From contig CAMFOH010000002.1 in NCBI GenBank assembly GCA_945969495.1, positions 1 to 59,822 on the forward strand: a DNA stretch of 59,822 nucleotides, written 5' to 3'. A program made the position numbers and the translations under genes. Below the pieces are notes generated by a model, which did no database searches, was not told the DNA's origin, and saw nothing but the letters and a program-made list of their open reading frames with translations. Every line of letters begins with the position of its first letter. Position 1 is the stretch's first letter. This document shows, piece by piece, positions 8,836 through 18,013 of this stretch. Source of the DNA: an uncultured Mollicutes bacterium (lineage in GTDB: Bacteria; Bacillota_I; Bacilli_A; RF39; UBA660).

Positions 8836-10995
8836 ATGAAACAAAGAGAACAAGCTTATACGCTTGATGATTTGCTAAAGAAAGCAAAAACATACATAAA
8901 AAACGAAGAAGATATTAATTTGATTAAAAAAGCATATGAGTTTGCTTGCAAAGCGCATGCAGGTCAATTAAGGTTAACAGGTGATGATTATATCTTACAT
9001 CCACTTAATGTTGCTCTTATATTAACTGAAATTTATGCTGATAGTCAAACTCTTGCAACTGCTTTACTTCATGATGTAATTAATTTTACAGATACTACGA
9101 TAGAAGATGTTGAAAAAGAATTTGGAACGGAGATAAAAGAGTTAGTTGATGGAATATCAAGGATAAATAAGCTATCATTATCTGCTGATAATGAGGCTTT
9201 AGCATCATATCATAAAAAAATATTGGTAGGATTATCAGGTGATGTTAGAATAATCATTCTTAAGATAGCTGATAGATTACATAATATGAGAACCTTATGG
9301 GCTATTCCAGAGAGTAAAAGAAAAGAAAAAGCTAAAGAAACCCTTGAAATACTTGCCCCAATTGCTCATCGTTTAGGAATAAATCACATTAAAAGTGAAT
9401 TAGAGGATTTATCTTTGAAATACTATAAACCAGACGTTTATAATGATATATTAGAAAAATTAAGCGAGTCAAGACAGGAATTAGATAAATCTGTTGACGA
9501 AATGATGCAAAGCGTTTCTAAAATTTTATCTGATAATAATATTCCTCACGAAATGAAAGGCAGAACTAAAAGTGTATATAGTATATATAATAAGCTAAAT
9601 AAAGGTAAATCCTTTAATGAAATATATGATATATTAGCACTTCGATACCTAGTTAACACTGAAGCAGAATGTTATTTAGCTTTAGGTTTAATTCATGCTA
9701 AATATAAACCTGTTCCTAAAAGATTTAAAGATTATATTGCAAGACCAAAGGCTAATGGTTATCAATCACTTCATACTACTGTTTTTGGAGTTGATGGAAA
9801 ATTATTTGAAATTCAAATACGAACTTACGAAATGGATAAGGTTGCTGAATATGGTTTTGCATCACACTGGTCATATAAAGAAAATGGTGTGAATAAAATA
9901 AATCCAATGGAACAAAAGTTAAAGTCATTTAGATCTATTATAGAATTAAATGAACAACAAGTAGAAGGGGAAGATTTTGTAAACACTGTTAAAAATGAAG
10001 TATTTAACTCTAACAATATATATGTATATACCCCTAAGGGTGATGTTTTTGAATTGCCACTAGGTTCTACTCCAATTGATTTTGCTTATCGTGTTCACAC
10101 TTCGGTAGGGCATCAAATGATTGGTGCGCTAGTTAATGGTAACATTGTTCCTCTTGATTATAAATTAAAAGATGGAGACATTGTTAAGATAAATACTAAT
10201 AAAAATAATAAAGGTCCTTCTAAAGAATGGTTAAACATAGCATACACCACAAGTGCTAAAAATAAAATAAAAGCATTTTTTAGCAAGATTGATAAAGATG
10301 AGTTAATTTTAAGTGGAAAAGAACAGTTATTAAAGACGTTAAGAAGAAAAAAATTATCAATAAATGATATTCTTTCTTCGGATAATATTTCATTAGTACT
10401 TGATGAACTTGGTTTAAATACTGAAAACGATTTATATTATGAAATAGGTATAGGTAAATACAATCCTACTCAGATCATTAAAGAAATAATAGGAGAAAAA
10501 GACGAAGAAAAAAAATTGATTGAGAAAGTTCTTAAATATTCTTCTAAACAAATGGAAGCATCAGGAGATGTTATAATTGATGGTATGGATGATTTAAAAG
10601 TTAGTTTTGGTGGCTGTTGTAAGCCGATTAAAGGAGATCAGATAGTAGGGTATATATCAAAGGGAAACGGAATAACAATACATCGAAAAAGTTGTTATAA
10701 TATTTGTGATATAACAGATCGTATAATAAGTGCTAAGTGGAATCTAAATAGTTCTAAAAAATACGTAACTAATGTTTTAATATATGCTGAAAAAAAAGAA
10801 AACTTGCTTTTAGATATTATTTCAAAAACAACTTCATTAAACGTTGGAATTAAAAGTGTAAATACCATTAGCAACACGGATTATAACGTATTTGATATTG
10901 ATATTTTGATAGAAGATGTTGATAAACTTAATAAATATATTTCTATTATTAGTCAATTACCATATGTAACTTCGGTTGAAAGGGGTAATAAGTAA
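8836..10995 (+). CDS. relA: Bifunctional (p)ppGpp synthetase/hydrolase (RSH family Rel)
   Basis: HD hydrolase region (HPLNVALIL...LLHDV), synthetase motif YQSLHTTVFG, and TGS and ACT-like C-terminal domains. 719 aa. Confidence 0.95.
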   Translation: MKQREQAYTLDDLLKKAKTYIKNEEDINLIKKAYEFACKAHAGQLRLTGDDYILHPLNVALILTEIYADSQTLATALLHDVINFTDTTIEDVEKEFGTEIKELVDGISRINKLSLSADNEALASYHKKILVGLSGDVRIIILKIADRLHNMRTLWAIPESKRKEKAKETLEILAPIAHRLGINHIKSELEDLSLKYYKPDVYNDILEKLSESRQELDKSVDEMMQSVSKILSDNNIPHEMKGRTKSVYSIYNKLNKGKSFNEIYDILALRYLVNTEAECYLALGLIHAKYKPVPKRFKDYIARPKANGYQSLHTTVFGVDGKLFEIQIRTYEMDKVAEYGFASHWSYKENGVNKINPMEQKLKSFRSIIELNEQQVEGEDFVNTVKNEVFNSNNIYVYTPKGDVFELPLGSTPIDFAYRVHTSVGHQMIGALVNGNIVPLDYKLKDGDIVKINTNKNNKGPSKEWLNIAYTTSAKNKIKAFFSKIDKDELILSGKEQLLKTLRRKKLSINDILSSDNISLVLDELGLNTENDLYYEIGIGKYNPTQIIKEIIGEKDEEKKLIEKVLKYSSKQMEASGDVIIDGMDDLKVSFGGCCKPIKGDQIVGYISKGNGITIHRKSCYNICDITDRIISAKWNLNSSKKYVTNVLIYAEKKENLLLDIISKTTSLNVGIKSVNTISNTDYNVFDIDILIEDVDKLNKYISIISQLPYVTSVERGNK

Positions 10996-11441
10996 TGAGA
11001 GTAATTGTGCAACGATGTAAAGAAGCTAGCGTAATTGTTGATGATGAAATAATAGGTAAAATTAGCAAAGGATATTTAATTTTAGTTGGTTTTAATATTG
11101 ATGATAATGAAGAAATTATAAAAAAAATAGCTAAAAAAATAATAAATTTACGCATATTTGAAGATGATGATAAAAAAATGAACCTGGACTTAAATGAAGT
11201 AAATGGTAGTATATTATCTGTTTCACAATTTACTCTTTATGCTAAGTTAGAAGGAAGAAGGCCATCATTTTCAAACGCAATGCCATATGCTAAGGCAAGT
11301 AAAATGTATGATTTGTTTAATAAAACATTAAAGTCATATAATGTTAACGTTAAAACCGGAAAATTTGGGGCTGATATGAAAGTTAGCTTAATAAATGATG
11401 GACCCGTTACCATTATAATTGATAGTGAGGAGCTAGCATGA
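10995..11441 (+). CDS. dtd: D-aminoacyl-tRNA deacylase
   Basis: TAATG overlap with the rel stop. Motifs SQFTLYA and NDGPVTI. 148 aa. Confidence 0.93.
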   Translation: MRVIVQRCKEASVIVDDEIIGKISKGYLILVGFNIDDNEEIIKKIAKKIINLRIFEDDDKKMNLDLNEVNGSILSVSQFTLYAKLEGRRPSFSNAMPYAKASKMYDLFNKTLKSYNVNVKTGKFGADMKVSLINDGPVTIIIDSEELA

Positions 11442-12496
11442 AAAAGAACATTAATTACAAATATTTAAATATACTTCTTGTTTTGGGAATAGCATATTTA
11501 CTATTTTTGATGAGGGATATATGGATTGGTGCTGTTTCTAAAATAATTGCTATTTTATTACCATTTATTATAGCATTTGGTGTATCGTACGTTTTATACC
11601 CGTTTTTAAAGTTTTTAATTGAAAAGAAAGTACCAAAAACACTTTCGGTATTTATTATAATTATCGTTATTTTATTAATTGTTGGTTTAACGGCTTATTA
11701 TGTTGTACCACTTTTTGTTAATCAGTTAATAAATTTACTTTCAAGTTTAGGTAAAATATCTACTGATATGGCCACTAAATACGGTGTAGATACAAAAATA
11801 ATTAATGACACTATTAACGAGTATATATCCAAGATAATAAAATCAATTGGAGATATTTTATCTAGTGGATCATTTATTGCAATATTAAGCAAGTCTGTAG
11901 ACTATGCATCTAAATTTATAATAATTTTTATTGTTTCTATATATTTTTTAGTAGACATGCCAAATATAAGACATAAAGTAAAAAAATATCTTATGAAAAC
12001 TAATAAAAAAAGATATCATTTAATTTCAAATATTGATAAGGAAATAACTTCTTATTTAAAGGGTCTTGGGATATTTATGGTTATTCAATTTTTTGAATAC
12101 ACGTTTTTATTTCTTATAATAGGGCACCCTAACTTTTTGCTACTCGGGGTTTTAGCATGTATAACAACAGTAATACCATATTTTGGGGGAATTATAACCA
12201 ATGTTATAGCACTATTAATATCATCTGTTGTTTCTTCTAAATTATTTATACTAACCCTTATAATAACGTTAGTATTTCCAAATATTGATGGTTATATAAT
12301 ATCACCAAAGATATATGGTAAAACCAATCAAATACCTCCGCTTCTTACCATTTTTTCAGTTTTTGCAGGAGGTGCTTTGTTTGGGTTTGCAGGCATTGTA
12401 ATTGCGGTACCATTAACCATTATAATAATGTCAGTAATAAAGTCATATAAAAATGAAATTACGGTAAAAATTAAAAAAGTAAAAGATAAAATGTAA
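11438..12496 (+). CDS. AI-2E family transporter (PerM/UPF0118-type permease)
   Basis: ATGA overlap with dtd. 352 aa, about 8 TM. Typical IPYFGG and PLLTIFSVFAGGALFGFAGIVIAVPL segments. Confidence 0.75.
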   Translation: MKKNINYKYLNILLVLGIAYLLFLMRDIWIGAVSKIIAILLPFIIAFGVSYVLYPFLKFLIEKKVPKTLSVFIIIIVILLIVGLTAYYVVPLFVNQLINLLSSLGKISTDMATKYGVDTKIINDTINEYISKIIKSIGDILSSGSFIAILSKSVDYASKFIIIFIVSIYFLVDMPNIRHKVKKYLMKTNKKRYHLISNIDKEITSYLKGLGIFMVIQFFEYTFLFLIIGHPNFLLLGVLACITTVIPYFGGIITNVIALLISSVVSSKLFILTLIITLVFPNIDGYIISPKIYGKTNQIPPLLTIFSVFAGGALFGFAGIVIAVPLTIIIMSVIKSYKNEITVKIKKVKDKM

Positions 12497-12573
12497 AGTA
12501 CTATTTTTTAGTTTATAAAAAAACTTTATTTTTAACTTAATGTACTATATAATAATATTATAAGGAGGATATA

Positions 12574-13125
12574 ATGATTGGATTAATTATTGTAGTTATT
12601 ATTTTAGTTTTATTGTTATTGTATGTTACAGGAACTTATAATGCGTTAGTAAGTTTAAGAAACAAAGTAAAGGATCAATGGTCACAAATTGATGTGGTAT
12701 TAAAAAATAGAAATGATTTAATACCAAATATCGTAGAAACCGTAAAAGGTTATGCTAAACATGAAAAGGAAACTTTAAACGAAGTAATTGAAGCTAGAAG
12801 TAAAATGGCTTCTGCTAATACTCCTGAAGATGAAATGAAAGCAGCAGGAGAAGTAACTCAAGCTTTAGGAAGGCTATTTGCATTAGCAGAAAGTTATCCA
12901 GATTTAAAAGCAAATCAAAACTTTATGGATTTACAAAATAAATTAAATGAAGTAGAAGAAAAAATACGTTATGCAAGACAATTTTATAATGATTCTGTTT
13001 TAACTTATAAAAATAAACTTGAAATGTTTCCATCTAACATAGTAGCTAACATGTTTGGATTTAAACCAGAAGCTTTCTTTGAAGCAACCGAAGAAGAAAG
13101 AAAAAATGTACAAGTAAAATTTTAG
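12574..13125 (+). CDS. lemA: LemA family protein
   Basis: N-terminal TM followed by YNALVSLRNKVKDQWSQIDVVLKNRNDLIPN...FYNDSVLTYKNKLEMFPSNIVA, the canonical LemA pattern. Confidence 0.9.
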   Translation: MIGLIIVVIILVLLLLYVTGTYNALVSLRNKVKDQWSQIDVVLKNRNDLIPNIVETVKGYAKHEKETLNEVIEARSKMASANTPEDEMKAAGEVTQALGRLFALAESYPDLKANQNFMDLQNKLNEVEEKIRYARQFYNDSVLTYKNKLEMFPSNIVANMFGFKPEAFFEATEEERKNVQVKF

Positions 13126-13151
13126 TCTACTAAATAAGTAGACTTTTTTTA
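13124..13151 (+). terminator. Intrinsic terminator after lemA
   Basis: AGTCTACT/AGTAGACT stem followed by a T7-8 run. Confidence 0.8.
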
Positions 13152-13170
13152 TTAAGGAGAATAGTAGAAT

Positions 13171-14082
13171 ATGTATCATGATAGAAAATATAAAATAAAA
13201 AATTATATTAAGATAAGTAATATTATTTTTCTTTTGTTTATTGTGATTTTCAGTTATATTATATTGTTTTTATTAAAAGACAAGGCTGCATTAATTAGTA
13301 TGCTTAAAGGATTTTTATCTTTTAAACTTTCTATTGATTTTATAGTTTTTATCATATTTTTTATACAAAAAAGAAGTTATAAAAAAATAAAAAATAATTT
13401 AGCTATGGTATCTTATAAAGATAAAAATTATTTTAGAGAATTAATTTTTAATTATTCTGCAATTGAGCTAGGATATTTAAATACCTTTGATTTTAATTAT
13501 AAGAAATACATTATTGCTACTTTATTAACATTAGAGTTAAGAAAAAAAATAATAATTGAAGACAGTATAAAAATTATTGATTATAATATACAAGAATTAA
13601 ACGAATATGAAAAACAAGTATTCAAGTCCATCTCAAATGGTAAAGTATGCAAAGAAAAATTATATTTCAATGAAAATGATATAATTAAAGAATTATGCTC
13701 GAAAGGTTTAATTATAAAAAATAAATTTAAATTGAAAAGCGTTAAATCAAATATTTTAATTATTTTGCTTTGCTTTGTTATAACGTTGATGTTAAATAAT
13801 GAATTTAAAACATTGGCCTTATTATTTTTATTAGGTTATGTTATATATACTTTATTTTATATATATTTAAGTAATAAAGTTTACGTAAGAACTAAACTAG
13901 GCGATGAAATTAATAATAAATTAGTAGGTTTAAAAAAATATATGATTGATTTTTCAAACATAGATAAAAACGATAAAAAATTTATTAATTTGTGGGAAGA
14001 ATATTTGGTTTATGCTGTTACCTTTGATATTAACAAAAAAATAGTTAATGATATCAAAACAAAAGTATTTTTAATTGAATAG
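13171..14082 (+). CDS. Membrane protein related to the C-terminal half of DUF2207 proteins
   Basis: Multi-TM protein. LWEEYLVYAVTFDINKKIV parallels LWDMYLIYAQIFGIADKV of the next gene. It lacks the N-terminal extracellular domain. Confidence 0.5.
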   Translation: MYHDRKYKIKNYIKISNIIFLLFIVIFSYIILFLLKDKAALISMLKGFLSFKLSIDFIVFIIFFIQKRSYKKIKNNLAMVSYKDKNYFRELIFNYSAIELGYLNTFDFNYKKYIIATLLTLELRKKIIIEDSIKIIDYNIQELNEYEKQVFKSISNGKVCKEKLYFNENDIIKELCSKGLIIKNKFKLKSVKSNILIILLCFVITLMLNNEFKTLALLFLLGYVIYTLFYIYLSNKVYVRTKLGDEINNKLVGLKKYMIDFSNIDKNDKKFINLWEEYLVYAVTFDINKKIVNDIKTKVFLIE

Positions 14083-14228
14083 ATCTCAGTCAAAAATATT
14101 TCAATAATATTTTAACACTAGAGCATTACAACCAATAAATAAAGTTGTTAGTTAAAAACTAACTATAAAGATATTAAATTGTAAGTTAAAAATAACTTAC
14201 AAAATATATTATACGAGGAGATAATTTT

Positions 14229-15923
14229 ATGAATAAGATGTTTAAGTTTGTATTAGCATCATTTATGTTATTTGTTTTTCCAATTATGGTAAAAGCTAAT
14301 AGCATATCTAAAATAGATATGGATATATATGTAGATAATAATGGTAATGCACACATAACCGAAAAGTGGATTAATCCCGAAGCTAATTATGGAGATTCAG
14401 AGTTTTATAAATCATATGATAACCTAGGTAAAATGAGTATTACCAATTATACAGTAACATATAATAATCAAGTTTTTGAATATAAACAAGATTGGGATAT
14501 TAATGATTCATTTGAAGAAAAAACATATAAAAATGGTTTGTATTACGAAGATGGCAAAACTGAATTATGTTTTGGTATAAGCAACTATGATTCTGGAACT
14601 TATACCTTAACCTACACAATAGAAAATTTTATTGTTAAACTTAACGATGCTGATATGATTTATTTTAATTTTTTACCAAGCGGTAATGATATTGATAATT
14701 TTCATTTGAAATTATATTCTGATGATAGCTTTGAAGATACTTTACCTGTATGGGGATTTGGTAAGAAAGATGGTACGGCTTACGTATATGATGGATACAT
14801 TGAGATGAATCCTGAAGGTGACATTGATGAAGATGAATATATTACCTTGCTAGCACAGTTTGATAAGGATACTTTTAATTCATCATACGTAATAGATAAA
14901 GATTTTAATGATTATCTTACAATGGCTAAAAAAGGTTCTAAAACGTCAATTAATGCAAATCCCATTGTTAAATTTATAAAAGCTTTATTTAGTTTTATAT
15001 TTTCTAATTTTATATTTATATTTTTTGCTATAATATTTATTATTACTATGATTAAATCAAAAAATAAAATTGGTAGTTATAAATATGATTTTGGAAAAAA
15101 TGGAAGAAAGTTACCAAAAGATATTAATAAAATAAGAGATATTCCATTTGATGATATATATAAAGTTTATTTGTATTCTACTATATATCATTTAAATTAT
15201 AAAAAAACAGATTTATTAGGAGCGGTACTTTTAAAATGGTTAAAAGAAAAAAAGATTTCTATTGAAACAGGTACAACAAAGATTCTAAAAAAAGAAGAAA
15301 GTAAAATAGTTTTAAGTGATAATGTTATATCAAATAACGAATATGAAATGAAATTACATAAAATGTTATTAGAAGCTTCAAAAGATGGAATATTAGAATC
15401 AAAGGAATTTGAAAAATGGTGTAAAAACAACTATAGTAAAATACTTAGATGGTTTGATGATATATTAGATTATGAAACAGAAAAACTATTAGAAGAAGGA
15501 TTACTACAAAAAGAGGTAAATAGTTCTAAGATACTAGTAACCGATAAATTTATCAAAGAAGCTTGCCTTGTTAAAGGTGTTAAAGAATTCTTATTAGAGT
15601 TTTCTAGAATTAATGAAAAAGAAGCTATTGAAGTTAATTTATGGGATATGTATTTAATATACGCTCAAATATTTGGAATAGCAGATAAAGTAGCTAAACA
15701 GTTTAAAAAGTTATATCCAAATGAGATAGAAGCTTATAATGAAAGATATGGATATGGTTTTGATGATATATTATTCATTAATATGATTAGTACATCAAGT
15801 ATGTCTACAGCTATGTCATCGAGAGATAAAGCTAATAGTTATTCATCTGGTGGCGGTGGATTTATGTCCGGTGGCGGAGGAGGAGGCTCCTTTGGTGGCG
15901 GTGGATCCATGGGTTCTAGGTAA
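14229..15923 (+). CDS. DUF2207 domain-containing membrane protein with a Gly-rich C-terminal tail
   Basis: Signal peptide, then N-terminal domain YVDNNGNAHITEKW, TM segments, and C-terminal SGGGGFMSGGGGGGSFGGGGSMGSR typical of DUF2207. Located in a LemA neighbourhood. Confidence 0.75.
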   Translation: MNKMFKFVLASFMLFVFPIMVKANSISKIDMDIYVDNNGNAHITEKWINPEANYGDSEFYKSYDNLGKMSITNYTVTYNNQVFEYKQDWDINDSFEEKTYKNGLYYEDGKTELCFGISNYDSGTYTLTYTIENFIVKLNDADMIYFNFLPSGNDIDNFHLKLYSDDSFEDTLPVWGFGKKDGTAYVYDGYIEMNPEGDIDEDEYITLLAQFDKDTFNSSYVIDKDFNDYLTMAKKGSKTSINANPIVKFIKALFSFIFSNFIFIFFAIIFIITMIKSKNKIGSYKYDFGKNGRKLPKDINKIRDIPFDDIYKVYLYSTIYHLNYKKTDLLGAVLLKWLKEKKISIETGTTKILKKEESKIVLSDNVISNNEYEMKLHKMLLEASKDGILESKEFEKWCKNNYSKILRWFDDILDYETEKLLEEGLLQKEVNSSKILVTDKFIKEACLVKGVKEFLLEFSRINEKEAIEVNLWDMYLIYAQIFGIADKVAKQFKKLYPNEIEAYNERYGYGFDDILFINMISTSSMSTAMSSRDKANSYSSGGGGFMSGGGGGGSFGGGGSMGSR

Positions 15924-15959
15924 TAATTATTTAATATTCAATTATCAAAAATATAAGAT

Positions 15960-15988
15960 TTGACAAAATGTTAAAAAAATAATAAAAT
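15960..15988 (+). promoter_or_regulatory. Sigma-A type promoter of the hisS operon
   Basis: TTGACA (15960-15965), 17-nt spacer, TAAAAT (15983-15988). Confidence 0.6.
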
Positions 15989-15994
15989 ACTTAT

Positions 15995-16135
15995 AGTTTT
16001 TAGTAAGAAGTGACAGCTTACATAAAAAAATAAAAACTAGACAAATTAATAATTTAAATAAAGAGCACTTATGTGAAATAGGGTGGCACCGTGGGCGAAT
16101 AAGTTCATCCCTATAACTTAGGCTCTTTTTTATAT
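15995..16135 (+). promoter_or_regulatory. T-box leader (compact) upstream of hisS-ORF166-aspS
   Basis: T-box sequence AAATAGGGTGGCACCGTGGG at 16077-16095. U-run at 16126-16131 after an AAGTT/AACTT pairing. Short stem I candidate TAGTTTTTA...TAAAAACTA. Confidence 0.75.
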
Positions 16136-16150
16136 AAAAAGGAGGATATT

Positions 16151-17503
16151 ATGATAACAAAACCAAAAGGAACTAAAGATATTTACGGAATTGAAGCTAA
16201 AAAGTGGCAATACGTCTCAAAGGTAATTGATGAAGTAATGGAAAAATACAATTATAATTTTATTCGTGTGCCCGTATTTGAAGTAAGCGAGTTATTTCAT
16301 AGGGGAGTAGGAGAAACAACTGACATAGTAACTAAAGAAACTTATGATTTTATTGATCGTGGTGGTCGTAATATGACGCTTAGACCGGAAGGAACTGCGG
16401 GTGTTGTAAGAAGCTTTATAGAAAATAAAATGTATGGCAACAATGATAAACCTGCAAAATTCTATTATAATATGCCGATGTATCGTTACGAAAGACCACA
16501 AGCAGGAAGACTTCGTGAACTTACTCAATTTGGATGGGAAATAATAGGTAGTGACGATCCATTAAGTGATGCTGAGGCAATATCACTTGCTGTTAATATT
16601 TATAAAATTTTAGGTCTTAAAGGAATTAAGGTAAATATTAATTCACTTGGAGATAGTGAATCTAGAAATAATTATAGAGAGGCTTTGGTAAAACATTTTA
16701 AACCACACATTGATGAGTTATGTGAAGATTGCCGTGAAAGATTAGAAAAAAATCCGCTTAGAATAATAGATTGCAAGGTAGATATAGATAAAGAAATAAT
16801 GAAGACAGCTCCAAAAACCATAGACTATTTAAATGAAGAATCAAAAAATAGATTTGAAAAAGTAAAAGAATATTTGGAAGTTATGGGAGTTGAATACATA
16901 GTAGATCCTTCTGTTGTAAGAGGACTAGATTATTATAACCACACTGTTTTTGAAGTTGAAGCAGATATAAAAGGTTTTGGAGCTCAAAATGTTATTGGTG
17001 GTGGAGGAAGATATAATAATATGATTGAAACACTTGGTGGGCCATCTGTTCCTGCGATTGGTTTTGCAGCAGGTTTTGATAGACTAATGATAGCACTTGA
17101 TATGGAAGATGTTAAATTGCCTGTAAAAAACTCTATTGATTTATTCTTGTTATACGTAAACGAAGATGAAAAAAAATACGCTGCTTATTTATCTAACGAA
17201 CTTAGAATGAATGGTTTTATCGTTGAAACTGATTATTTAAATAGAAGTTTAAAAGCTCAATTTAAACAAGCAGATAGATTAAATAGTAAGTTCACTATCG
17301 TTTTAAATAGTGACGATTTAAAAAACAATGAGGTAAAAGTTAAGAATAATATAACAAAAGAAGAAGAAATGATATCTCTTGATGCATTAATTTATTATTT
17401 AGATGAAAATTTAATTGATGATGATGTCTGTGAATGTGATGACTGCACATCTAATATTCATGAATGTAATTGTGATAATAATTGCTCTTGTAATAATAAG
17501 TAG
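16151..17503 (+). CDS. hisS: Histidyl-tRNA synthetase with a Cys-rich C-terminal extension
   Basis: AGGAGG RBS. Motifs LRPEGTA, YRYERPQAGRLREL and GGGGRY. The tail is DDDVCECDDCTSNIHECNCDNNCSCNNK. Confidence 0.95.
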   Translation: MITKPKGTKDIYGIEAKKWQYVSKVIDEVMEKYNYNFIRVPVFEVSELFHRGVGETTDIVTKETYDFIDRGGRNMTLRPEGTAGVVRSFIENKMYGNNDKPAKFYYNMPMYRYERPQAGRLRELTQFGWEIIGSDDPLSDAEAISLAVNIYKILGLKGIKVNINSLGDSESRNNYREALVKHFKPHIDELCEDCRERLEKNPLRIIDCKVDIDKEIMKTAPKTIDYLNEESKNRFEKVKEYLEVMGVEYIVDPSVVRGLDYYNHTVFEVEADIKGFGAQNVIGGGGRYNNMIETLGGPSVPAIGFAAGFDRLMIALDMEDVKLPVKNSIDLFLLYVNEDEKKYAAYLSNELRMNGFIVETDYLNRSLKAQFKQADRLNSKFTIVLNSDDLKNNEVKVKNNITKEEEMISLDALIYYLDENLIDDDVCECDDCTSNIHECNCDNNCSCNNK

Positions 17504-17512
17504 GAATAATAT

Positions 17513-18013
17513 ATGAATATTAATGATAAAACATTTGAACCAATTAATAATATAAATATTATTAAAAATTACGATGGTTTTATTGATCCTGAAGGTAATT
17601 TTTACAAGGTTAGTAAAAAAAACAAACATAATCCAACTCATATTGAATGGTCAGATGAATTTGTTGTGAAAAAATTAGATTATATAAAGCAGTTATGTAA
17701 TCCATCTGGCAGTTTCTTATACACGATATCAAGACTTAAAAATAAACAAGAAATATTAGTACATTTTTATGGATTTATATATTATGGTCATGATGCATAT
17801 ACAAGGAAACCAATTATAATTTTGCCGGATAACGCTATAAATGATAAATATGTTTCTAAAGATCAAACAGAAATGCTTTTTAAAATACTTCATGAAAATA
17901 ATGAATTAGATGATTTTTATTTAACATATGAAGAACAAATACAAGATAATAAACATGAAAATTATGTTGATAGTTTTATCACAAAAACTATAGAGAGGAA
18001 TGAAAAAAAATGA
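17513..18013 (+). CDS. Hypothetical protein (166 aa) inserted between hisS and aspS
   Basis: Starts 10 nt after the hisS stop. Its stop overlaps the aspS ATG (ATGA). No recognisable motif. Confidence 0.55.
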   Translation: MNINDKTFEPINNINIIKNYDGFIDPEGNFYKVSKKNKHNPTHIEWSDEFVVKKLDYIKQLCNPSGSFLYTISRLKNKQEILVHFYGFIYYGHDAYTRKPIIILPDNAINDKYVSKDQTEMLFKILHENNELDDFYLTYEEQIQDNKHENYVDSFITKTIERNEKK

